DNA of 62,277 nt, the filler included. It is 4 parts of 4 records of this genome, joined end to end, with 100 filler letters (N's around TTAATTAATTAA, not from the genome) between each part and the next. Parts side by side here need not be neighbours in the genome. Positions count along the whole stretch, not along the records: positions 1 to 28,078 come from DRR378314_1959; 3 more parts are not named here. One strand, written 5' to 3'. The notes below the pieces were generated by a model. It had not been told where the DNA came from. It made no database searches and worked only from the letters and a program-made list of their open reading frames with translations. The translations under genes were made by a program, and so were the position numbers. How positions within the stretch are numbered: position 1 is the first letter of the stretch; each line of letters opens with the position of its first letter. Shown in pieces: positions 1 through 11,577 of the stretch.

Positions 1-531
1 GTCGCCCTTTTTCGCTGCAGCGCTGGATCGGAACGTCTCCCAAGTGGCGAGATGCCCTCATCCCCGTAAGAGGTGCCCAACGTTGCTGTGCTTCGTGTAA
101 AGGGAGCACTACACTGTTTTGGCCGCGCTCCGCGGTGTGATATCATGTGTCTGTGCGGGGAATACAAGTGCGGATTGTTCCACGGCAGTAGTGCCCCTGG
201 TCACTGCCGCTAGCGCAACGCAGAAAACTCACAATTGCAGTCTCGTAGGGTCTCGACGCGGATGCTGTTCGGCGCTGGCGTGGGCACGCGCCTCCAACAA
301 AAAAAAAAAAGAAAAGAAAACGTGGGAAAAGGGCATACACGGCGGGGATAGGAACACTAACAGGTGGAATGCAATCATGTATGTCGCATGCATACGGAAC
401 GCGCCATTTGCAGCGGCTGAGCTTGCGTCAGCACACCAGCGTCGGTAGCAACAGCAAGAACATTGTGACAAGTGCTCCGCTGGCAGGCACTGGGAAAGCG
501 ATCCTAGGACGCACGAAAGCGCCTCGGAGCA

Positions 532-3500
532 CTATGCAGACGGCTTGGCCTCGTCCCCGCCAGCTCCATCGGTCTTTGCCGCCGCTGCAGGAGCATCTCC
601 GTCGGCTCCGCCGCTCGTGGCATCATTCGCGACCTTGCGCAAGACAACGAAACCCTCCAGCACAGATGTCTGTGCCTCGTACTCGTCTGTGGCAAGCTCC
701 GCACGCTCGCCCACCTTGAGAAGCACGGGCGAGTCGTGCGTCTGAAACCCGGTGATGGTCTTTGGCCGGCCAGCCTGGCCGACTACGTCGACAGCTTGCC
801 CCACACGGAGTGGCACATTCACCGTCTTTCCCTCCTCATCCAGCGTCACAAGAAAGCGCGGGTTCATTGAGAGCACCAGGGAAAAGAGAAGATAATGATG
901 ATCGGCCAAAATCGTACCCGGCATATCGAGAGCAGCGTGCAGAACTACAAGCAATCCCGCAAGCCCCGAGCGCGACATCAGCAGTCCGTCTGACGAAAAC
1001 TGGCTCATCGACAAGAGGGACTTGCCAGCGTACAGCAATCCCTGCGCGGTGCGCACCACGAACAACGTGTTTGCCTCCCTCGAATAAAACGTCGCTAGCT
1101 GGCGAAGCATGCCGGCAATGCGCGCATTATTCGTGCCGGCTCCAATCAGCCCAAGCCCAAGAATGGCCGATCGCGCCACGTCGAGATCAGCATCGTGCGT
1201 GATCTTGCCCAGCGTGTCAGCCACCGCGTACGCAGGACTGGAAATGTTGAGAAGCGCCAGAGAAAGAGGGACGGCGCGCTTCACAGCGTCGTCGCCGTAC
1301 TGTGCGCACGTCAAAGCAAGCAAGAAGTAAACAGCCAGAGTCGACGCAACAAGATGCGGTGAGGAGACATAGCCCGATATTGCATGGAAATCAACTTTCC
1401 AACTACAAAGGGGCCGCATGCAACTAGGCACCGACCAAACTCAACCACACGAAGAGCTGACAGTGCAACGAACGAGAGTGCCAGCGCTTGCGTCGGCGTA
1501 TGCACTTAATACTATCTGAAGCAAGAAGCACCCCAGTCTAGCCCACCACAGCACCGCGGCATCCCAGGTGGCCCAGCGAGATATGCTGGCATCAAAAGTA
1601 ACAAAAAAGACAAAGACGCACACAACAAGGTCTAGCGATAGAATGCAGTCGCTCGGCCTTTCGCGTACCCAAAATATACGCTGGCGATAGCAAATATACG
1701 CGGGGGGGGGCAAATTCCGGGCAACGCATGCATCCCGACCCGCCGAAGGCAACGTACCTGCATCAAGTGGTCAAACGTGCGGAGTGACATCTCGCTGCCC
1801 AACTCTTCGCCCATCGCAACGAGCGACACTCCGAGAACTGCAAGCGATTGGTACGCTCGCTCGTATACCGACTTCTGCTCCTTACTCTGTGCACCGGACT
1901 CGCTGTTGCTGCTCGACGCATTCGCGCCTGAGCCCGATGCGCCGTTCGCGGCGCTGCTCGTGGCGGAATTCTGCGCGTTCGTCGCTGGCGGCGCTTCGCC
2001 TTCCTCGTTGCCCGCGCTCTCTTCGGAATTTTCGTCTTCGTGCTCGCCACAGATGTGAAGAAGCTTTTGCACCTTGAGAACGTTTCCCGTTGCGGCGTAT
2101 GCACACGTCTCGACGGTGAGCGCGCAGTACTTGGACATGGAAGAGCCCTCTCCGACAGCGGACAGTGCTTCAAGCGTCGCATCGCACTCCTCTTGCCGAC
2201 TCAGGAACAGGAGCCCAAGTCCGAGCGAGGCAAATCGCGCGATAGTATCGTTAACCTCGCTCTCCGGTCGCTCGATCAGGCCGCCAATGATAGCCTCAGC
2301 TACGCCTGAGTGACATGTACCCGTAAAGATCATTCCCAATGCCAGGGCACAGAAGGAAAACAGGTCGACAGGAGTCTCGCCATCCGCGAGAATAGGCATC
2401 AACAGCTCCAGAATGTCTTCGCGCTCCGACCCAGCGTACGCCAGACCGAGGCCGAGAATCGCTGACCGGCGGACAGTCGCGGCATCATCGTTTACATACT
2501 CGGAGAGCAGTGCAAACGCCGGATCGCAGTCGTTGAAGACACCAGAGTTGAGCATTCCGATCCCCAGTACAGCACCCGCTTTTATGTTCGTATCGGAAGA
2601 GTACAGGTGCTTGTCAAGGGCAGGCAGACCACCATCCACATCCCACAGCATTACCATTCCCAACGACGCGGTCGCGGTCAACATCGCATGGTCCTTGTTC
2701 TTGAAGATAAACGTACTTTCATTGGTCACCATTTTATCATGTCCATATCCGGCATTCACAAACGCATTTACGATGGACGCGGCCAAGTTTGCGCGCGCAG
2801 AGTTCATACTGCGGCGCGCCACGGAAGAAGCGTCGTCTTTGTACACGTCCTCGGGGTTCTTCGCCTCGTACACGTCGAGCTCTCGCGCCACACTCGCAAA
2901 ATGCTCCGAGAGACGCGTATTGTAGATAATTTCATTCAGATCGTCATCGGGAGTATCGAGATACATGTGCTGGCGGCCCAGCATGAAGCCAAGCTGCTTC
3001 TTCACAAGGGGATCGTCACATTCTTCGAAGATCTCCAGCACAAGAGCGCGGCTTCCGAGTCGAAGCGCAATGCGCAGCGCGTCTGGGAACTTTTTCAACG
3101 ACCGGTAAATTGCAAGTGCCACTCGAAGAATCTCTGAATCTTCTGGCTCAGGAACGTATTGAGCGCAGCTTACAAGGTACAGGCATATGCGCGAATAGTT
3201 GTTCTCATCCGCATAGCCAGCGATATCTTTTGTACGGTCCACCTCCATCAGCAAATCGCATCCCTCGTGCTCGGCATTGTGGGCAAAGTGATACGGAGCA
3301 ATGTCATCGACCAGAGCCATCAGCTTTGGTTGCAGAGCCTTGGCATCTTCGTCAGTGCGCTGAAACGCGATTCCAACTTCCATGGACAGTGTGCGTACAT
3401 AGCTATGACCCCACCAACCAGCGCCGCTTCCGGTACCTTCCAAACGATACCGCAGGCAGTCCAGGCTCCCTTCTTTCCCCATTGTCGTGCCAAGTACAGA

Positions 3501-5517
3501 TAGGATGTCGGCGAACAGGGCTCTATTCTCCGCTTCGATGCCCGCCGAAAAGAGCGCTTTCAGATTCTCATAGTGAGGACGGAGAAACTTGAGAGGCTTT
3601 GGTACGGATGTCATCGATGCTGTAGCAGACCGGATTTCCGTCTTGAGCTGCTCGAGAGCAGCTTCGCGAAGCTTGTCTTTGGTCTCCGTCAGAGTAGCGA
3701 CGAGTTCGTCCAGACGTTCCTTCAGCGCCTTGTCCTCGTCAGACTGCGTTCAAGTGGGCGCAACAGAGTGTGTCCAGCATACCGCATGAAAGCGTGCAGT
3801 TGGTCAACACAAACCGCGTACACATCTTTGCTTGCGCAGAGCAACTGCCGGTGCGGAACGCGCGGACAAAGTAGTCGATGACTGCAACCCTGCGAGCCCC
3901 GCCAGAGCGACTACACCGTTTTCTCGGCGACGACTGGCGCACGCTACAAAGTGCGGGCGCATGGCCCCCGCATGCGTACGCTAACGAGTATTGCGCATGG
4001 GGTACAGACGAGGGGAAATCTACAGCGCAAGAAAAGCTTCACCCAAAGAACACCCCTGCGCGCAACTCGCCGGGCTGCGCGCGCAAGAAATACTCCGCAT
4101 TGAACTGGACAGAACGTGCACGGAGTATTCGAGACGTACGAACTACGATCCACTCGCGGCGTTTCGCTAGTTTTCGTGCAAGAAAGGAGGGGCAGATTGG
4201 GATGAAACGAACGCAACGAACAAAACAAAAAAGCCGCTCCGAACAGAATCGGAGACGACGGTATGTGACAGTGTACAGCAGGTCAACAATGCGCTTCGAC
4301 AGAGCTGCAACTTGAAGCACAGAAAGTGGTAACATGCGCGCGTATTGCGACAAGCACGGCACAAAACGCTGCTACGCAGCCAAGCGGACACAAGCGAGAA
4401 GCTCCACAGATCGCCCTGACAAACAGAATCCACAGGCCCGGTGCGTGATCGCAATCTTAACCAAAACGCTATCAACGTTTGTATCTAAGCACCCAGAGAG
4501 AGTAATGAAATTGGGAAACATGGCAACTCCGCCGGTTCAAAAAGCACAGCAGAGTAACGCTGCAGTAGCGGGCTGGAACGGAACGGGCGCGTGGCGCTGA
4601 GGCAGCGTCGCAAGGCGTGAACCACCACCACTGCCCCGTCCACACGCCTGCAATACGATTACAAAATTCCGCCGTGCCTATCTTCATCAAATTGTGTTGT
4701 GGTACATTGAAAATTGTAACAACAAAAATTACTAAAGGCGGGGAGCACAAACAGCCGAGTCCTCTGGCCATGGGGGAACGGGATGCTGCGCGCTCCAGGA
4801 GCTCCACGCAAGTCTGCCCCGTTCTTAGGCGCGCAAACCAAACTACGGGAAATAGATTGCGCAATTGTATGCATCGGAAGCCGATTTACGTCCGAGCACA
4901 CATGATCGATATCAAAATCGCGCGCCTCTCTGCATTCCATAGGAAATATTCGTCCATCACTGTTGATCCGCTTGCACGGCCTCAGCGGACATAGGGCACG
5001 TGCACCCGAGGCGACGTGCGTCCGAGCGCGCTGCCGCGGTGCGCGCACTGACCGGCACCCCGTCGCACGCACCCGCGCGGAGACGCAAGCAACAGCGCGC
5101 CGCCGCTCCACTGCGTGCAAGCGCCCGGAGCGCGGGGCTCTTCGTCAATCAACATACGTGCGTGTCACGGGGTACAGGTAAATATGCAAGCCTCCAAATC
5201 TCCGCAACTACGTTCCGCAGCTGCCCGCGCACGTACGACAGCAACCGCAGACGAAGGCGTCGCGCGTATGTTCTGCGCTGCCAGAAGCAACGTGGCGCGC
5301 GCGCGTGAGCGTGCGCTGGATCGCGGCAGTGCGCAGCTCCGCGGTGCACGTAGCGAGAGAGGCGTACCATTTCCTGCACCTCTTCTTGCTTCTTCCCCTT
5401 CGCACCCGAGCCTTTCTTGGACTTATCCACGGTATCGAGCTGTTTCGTAGCATCGGACATCGCGGCGTCGCCGTCCGCGTCCGTATTGGTCTGTGAATTG
5501 GGCGTTTTCTCCACCAT
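532..5517 (-). CDS. RPN1: 26S proteasome regulatory subunit RPN1/PSMD2; 3 exons (5368-5517, 1758-3743, 532-1299)
   Basis: Conserved motifs MTSVPKPLKFLRPHY, NAEHEGCDLLME, GAGTNNARIA and VRVGQAVDVVGQAGRPKTITGFQTH-like. The GT-AG joins EEVQEM|SDEDKALKE and HLMQ|YGDDAVKRAVPL are in phase. Confidence 0.95.
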
Positions 5518-6212
5518 GGCAACGAGCGCGTCCACAGCAGGGAAATATGCTACACCGAATCACTGGGACACGCAAGCAGCGCAGGTAGCGCAGCAGTGAG
5601 ACGCGCTCAAGGAAACGACGTAGCCTAACCAAAGCGGCCAACAGTCGGTCGTCGCGGCGAAAAGAAACGTAAACCGCCTGCCCAATAGGAACGAGTTGGC
5701 AGACTATGATATACGGAATATATGAGAGAGCCTGACAATCGTCTGCGTAATCCGCTTTCAGCTACAAAGCCCGAGCGTTCGAGCGCGAAGACGGCGCGCG
5801 CACCGCTTTCGCCCGGCCAGCACGAGCACGCAGGCGCACCTCGCAGGTATTTCGCAGCACCGGGCGCGGGAAGCGGCGTACGAGGCGACGGTGACAGGAA
5901 AAGCCCGACGGGGCTACGGCTGCTCGGCTGGTCCGAAAACGCAGGAACGCTCCGTTCAATATGATCCTATACCACGGACATTTCTTATTCACTTTATTTA
6001 CTCGCGCACCGGAGCAGATTTCGATATGCGATTCACTGAGTGCAAAATGGCGGCGCAAACGTAGAAGAAGCCCTACCTGCATGAAAACCAGCAAGCTGTG
6101 CTGTGAGACGCGGAGGCTGGCGCGAGGTCGCTGCGCACGCCAGTGACGCCTGTGACCCTCTCGAAAGCGCGCCTCGCAACAGACAGCGTTTGCCGGACGT
6201 ATCCCGACGAAG

Positions 6213-9200
6213 ATGGATCCGGCAACGCGTCTCGTCGAACATGCTACAGATGATTTACTATTGCGTGAAGATTACGGAAGATTCTGCGCCGTGGTAGACC
6301 TTGTCCAGTCGCGCCCGGCCAGGTGCGCTGCAAAGCTGCGACGTTCCGGGTCAGCGGTGCAGGGAAGTGTCAGTCGCGCGCGTACAGCCGGCTGCAGAGT
6401 GAAACAGGCAGTGCAAAGAAGAAGGCTTGCAGGCGCGGTTTATTTTCATCGCGCATACAGACGCTGCATAGTACTGATTATATCTCTGCGCTAGCATGCG
6501 CCGCCAAAAACTTTTGTTTGTTCTTCTGTTTGTCTGCTATCGCTTGTGGACGGTCTCGTGCCGACGTGCGTTTGTGGTGCTCGCCGTGGCGATTCCTGCA
6601 AGGCTTGAAGGGAGCTACAATGGAGCCGAATGCTACCATCTTGGCTCGGTAGTTGTTCTTTTTTCTTTCTATCCGATCAGCCAAGATCAGGCGTGCCCAG
6701 ATTTGCAATTTGCGGATAACGAGAGAATTGTGCTGCTTTCGACGGCGCTTCTGCTTGCGCGCGTCCACGGCGCCGTTGCACTCCGCAGCGGTGAGGCAGG
6801 TGCTGCGCCCGCTTGTTTTCCGCAACCCGCAAACGGAATAAGTTTCTATCCCGCTCTGCCTGGAAGTGTTCCCGTCATGAAGTCGGGGCACATGCTACGA
6901 AACCTAGATATTCTTTTCCGCACCAGATTGGTACCAAGATTCGCTTGTGTGGTGTATGCGCAGGAATTGCGCGAACGCTACCTCACGCTGCGCTGTCGCT
7001 TGTCTTGGCTGTGCGCAGCATTCCGTCCGTCATTCGCGCGATTCGACGCCGACTTGGCAGCGCGCACTCGAAGAGCGTTCTTCTTGCCCTTGGTGTAAGT
7101 CCGGGCTGCATTTAAAGTCGATAAATTACTGGCATCCATGGGAGCTGGAAGGAAGGGAAAGTGGATTGCAGCTGGCTGCGTTTTGGGAACAGAGGCTGAG
7201 CGTGCTCGTCCGATGGGCTTGCCAGTGCTTGCAGCGTGTTGGGACGTGTTTGCGTTCTACCACCGCAGTGCTCTGCGCCTTTACATCTCTCCTCGTCAAT
7301 CGCTCCCTACGCCCGCATTTGCTGGTATTTTGTTCCTCTGTTATAGTTGATGTTGATATCGTTTTTTCGTATGCAAGCGCAGCGATGTTGCGGTAAATTT
7401 CGACACCCTTGGTGCCCAGCTTGGCACACGCCTTTTGATCAATGGTGCCCTGTTCCTGGTATTGTGCGTTTGTGGGTGCGCTGCCTTTGCTCCAGCTGCT
7501 CGATATGTGCCTGCTGAATTGCGACGTCCGCTTCCGGGAGCAGGCATGCTCCCGCCACTTCCTTCAGGTATGCCCAATGTCACCGATTGCAATCGTCAAA
7601 GATTCGGCGGGCGCGCATGTGCTCGTACGCCTTGGGGGTGGCCGCGCCTCACCGGTCCGCTGGCGTTGAAATCAGTGCAGTGCTTATTCCCCTTTCGTAC
7701 GGGGGCAACTGACTGCCTTTCTTTGCATTATTCACCGACAGGGCGTCCAAGCTGTTGCGGCACCAAAGGGAAAAGGGAAAATCGTGTCCAAGATGAAGAA
7801 GCTGGCGGCACGAAGAGACTTTGAAGATGTTTCTGTCCAAGCGCAAGACAAGGTGCGTATGTCCGTCCCTCGTTCCTCTAAGAAGAGGCAAACACGAAAG
7901 TCTCAGTGCGTGCCAGATCTGCTTTCTCCGAAAATAGGACCATTGGCAGCCGGGAAATTCTCCATATACTGAACTCTGCTTGAGCGGAGCGCCGCAAAGA
8001 GTACGGCAGCCGTCTTGTCTGGTCTTGCGCTGGCCCCCTCTGTGATATGTGAACAAGCATTCGAATGCACCAAAAATGGGTACCTTTGGCTTCGTTCGTG
8101 CGCACGATCGCCTTGCTGCGCACAAGGGCACAAGAAGCTAGCTGTACGCCTGCCATGAAGTTCCTTGGTTCCTTGGATATCGACGGGCATCCTGAATACG
8201 AAAACCCGTGGTCTTGTTGTGTAGGCACGGGAATGTTTGAAACGCTGGGCCATGCTATTCGGATCGGAACGGGATTTCCAGCTGTTTTCCATTGTCGTGG
8301 AGGAACTCGAAGCGCAGGTATGTCGAAAAGGGAATCGCGGAAGACCGCGCGCATACGTACACGAATTGTTTGGGTTCCTCCTCTCTGCAAATGGAAGGAC
8401 TGTTCAACTCGTCTGTCCTTCCTTCATACATCTGCGTACCTGTAATATCGTCCAGGGCATTGGATTTCCCGAGGTGGATCCTCCGTCACAAGCAGATCTC
8501 GAACGCATCCGAGCCGGTAGCCGCGGAGCTGGATTGCAGTCACAATCATATGATGCACGCGCCTACGATAGTCGCCACGATGATCAAAGCTATCGGCGCA
8601 GCGCACAGCCTGATCGCTCACCCGCCGGTGTGCGCATGCCGGGAGGCCACAATGAAAGGGAATCGACTGTCAGAGGCTCTGGCGTGCGCCGGACTATTCC
8701 TTCCACAGAACCGAGCATTGGCATGGGAAGTGTGGTCACGCTCCCAGCTCAGCGCGACTACGAAGTGGAAGAAGTCGTGCGGACGCTGGAAGAAGCCATT
8801 GAATCCGCAAGGTCCATCGGAGGTGACGAGAGCGTACGTTCCCCTTTCAGCGCCGGTCGGCGCAAGCACTGAGGATCGCAAGAGTGCTACTTGCTGCAGA
8901 GGCAGCAGTCCTTGGTTGAGATGTATTGCGCCATCGCTCTGTGGACACGCTTCGTAGCAAGTTGGCGGTGAATTTGTTCGTTCTTCTGACCGCGGAGGAG
9001 ATTGAGTGCTGATGCGCGTGTACGAGGCGGCGTGGTGTCCTGCCATCCAGGGTGAGGATGCGGCCCCGTGAGTTGTGTTCCGTTGATTAATACCTGTCCA
9101 TTCATGCTCGCTTGCGCATTCATTGCGATGGCGTAGTTTCGTCTCGCATCGGAGCTCTCCGATCGGGTCAAGAAGTTGCAGTCGCTTGTGGCTACTACCA

Positions 9201-11135
9201 TGCAGTACCTGGGTGATGAGGACAGCGACCGTATGATCAAGCTCCTGTCTGTCCACGATCGAATGGAAAAGGTGTGTGAGGCAGTTCCGCGTCCCGCTGG
9301 TTTCTGCGCCGCCTTGCTCGCACCCGTCAGTGCTAGTCGGTCTCTCTGCTACCTTATAATGCAAAAGGTGCTTCTTGTTTCTTGGTTCACTTGAGCCACC
9401 TGCCTTCAACACCAGTGCGCACCGGGCGGAGTGGTTTATAGCAACAGCGTCGAAGCCAACCATTCATGTATCTCTGCGCACGAGTCGCTTGCCCTATCTC
9501 AGTTTGTAGGCGCTCTGTTGAATGGAAAGACTAAGATCATACAGGCAGTGAACTCATATGCAAGCGCCCATTATTCATGTATCTTTCTCGGTTTTCGCCA
9601 TTCTTTTCGTATGCTCTTCTGCGGGCGAATCCCTAGGCATTGCAAGACGCTTTGCGTGTGGAGCAGCACCCGCCGATAATCGATCTGAAAGAAGCGCTGG
9701 GTCCGCATCCAGAAGCGAGCTCGCGTACCGCCGACCCGCCCACGGACGCTGAGAGCTTGCGTCGCACAGTTCCGGCAAGCGAACAGGATGACGACGAAGA
9801 CGACTTCAATCCGCGTGCTCAGCCGCGGAAAGATCGCCCACCCTCGCAGACAGCGAGAAGCTCGGCGGTCGCTGCACCAGCTGGCGGTTCGGTTGGGCCG
9901 CTGCCGCCGCCGCCTGGGCATATATCGCACGGGCCTGGTGGAATGAGCGCGCTGCAAAGTCCCGCAGGCGCTGTGCCGGCCTCGGCGCAGCCGCACCCAC
10001 AGGGATCTGCTGACCTGATGAGTATGACCGCGGTGCCTGCGGTGGCAAACGTGCAACAGTTTTCGCAGGGGCTCTCGCCGAGTTCCTTGGCAAGCATGGG
10101 CTACCCGCAGCATAGTGCGGCGAGTCACACGATGCCTCCTGGCGTTCAAATGCACACAGCCGCGTACATGCAGCCTATGGGTGCCCAGACAATGCCGCCG
10201 TCCTATCCTGCAAGCGCCGGTGCAACTGGGCACCAGAGCTACGGTGGCCTTGCTGTTAGTGCAAACGCAGGGCAGATGAGCGGAAACTATCCCACGCACC
10301 CGCAGCAGCTAGGGCAGGCCATGGCTGCGCCAGCGTACAGCGCTCCTGCTGGTGCGATGGCCGGGAGAAGCGCGGCAGATGATGTGCTTGCGTTGGGGAA
10401 CATTGGTGTAGGCCCGACCCAAACGGCTGGCGCTTCCCTTTTGGACAGTACTACCGTGCATGGCGAAGCAACGATGCACGCGGAAGCGTTTGCGCCGCGA
10501 CAACACGCCACGCAGAGCGCCGGTGCCTCGTTGGGCGGCGGCGCCGTGCTACGTGGCGCTGGAGTAGGTGCGTGGGCTCGTGCGATGGGTCAGTGCTCTT
10601 CCGATCAGAGATGGCAGGTTATATTCTTTTTGGTTGCATCATCAACTGCTCTGAAGAGAATGAAGTGTTTGTCAAGAGAAAGGCCATCAGAACAGAGAAA
10701 AGAAGCGCGGCCCTGGCAAACGCACGAGACAATCTCGTCCCTTTTTGCAGAGCCCAGGCTGGTGCGCCTGTGCAAGCTGCTGCCTTTCGTTCGCACGAGA
10801 TGTACATGCGCTCACCGCATTCGTGATGCGACGCCGCCCGCCGTTGCTTTGTGCGTTTGTATATTTTCGCAGGCTCAAGGAACAAAGACTCGTACGTTTC
10901 AAAAGCTGTTTGTTGTGCCCCCATACGCGAACTTCGCGGCGATGTTGCCCTGCGTTCGATGGCATCGTCAGTTGCAGCTTCGGCGACTGGCGTGCGCCTT
11001 TCCACGCATAGCACGAGTGAGACCACCATCCTCAACATTTTTTTTTTCTCTCTCTCTCCTTTCTATGCTATATTTTACACATACAGATTACGTGATCTCT
11101 CTGAAGCGATGAAGCGAGGAGCATCACTGAACTAA
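6213..11135 (+). CDS. TOM1/GGA-like VHS-GAT endosomal adaptor with long low-complexity tail; 10 exons (6213-6322, 7019-7094, 7496-7567, 7742-7852, 8225-8317, 8456-8833, 9137-9271, 9637-10567, 10873-10891, 11087-11135)
   Basis: The spliced protein gives a VHS domain (LVEHATDDLLLREDY...VIRAIRRRLGSAHSKSVLLALGLLDMCLLNC...LKRWA...GIGFP), GAT-like helices (ELSDRVKKLQ...KLLSVHDRMEKAL) and a Pro/Ala/Gln-rich tail. All joins are GT-AG and in phase. Confidence 0.8.
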
Positions 11136-11577
11136 ACAAACGAGCAACACGTAGTGGCAGGGCAGGGGACCACGCGCGAGCTCGCCGCCAACGGAGAGAA
11201 TCAAGGCGCTGCGCCTGCCTCTTGCTCGCTCGCTAGGGTTCTCATCTAGAGAATCTCGAATACAAGAACGTTCTCGAACCTGCGATTACCGAGACCTTGG
11301 CCTCCGCTTGCCTCGCGGGACCAGCGCAGCAGGCTACCGCGTTGTCTTTCGGCTCCGTGCGAACATCCGCTCGTGCCTATATTCCATCATTTAAGCAGCG
11401 TTACAATTCGCGGCACCTTTGTGCTCTTTTACGTGATAAACGACGTACGAAAACCGGTGACGCAATCGCTCTTCCCGTTCCTTGTTTCCCTGTCGTTCAT
11501 AGGCAGCTGCGAGTACCCGTTCCCAGAAGCGTGAGCTGTGTTGATCCGTTCGTTCTTCTCTGCTGCAACTGCTTCCG

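Noticed and set aside
4600-4700. Possible C/D-box snoRNA in RPN1 intron 1 (TGATGA on the minus strand near 4684-4689)
   Set aside because: No properly spaced CTGA D box or terminal stem found.
6671-6800. QDQACPDLQFADNERIVLLSTALL read as exon 2 of the VHS gene
   Set aside because: Exons 7019-7094 and 7496-7567 give a much better VHS match with correct phases.
10568-11112. C-terminal part of the 490-aa ORF 9640-11112
   Set aside because: The composition switches to intron-like sequence (poly-T and CT tracts) after the GTGCGT donor at 10568, so this is read-through into introns.
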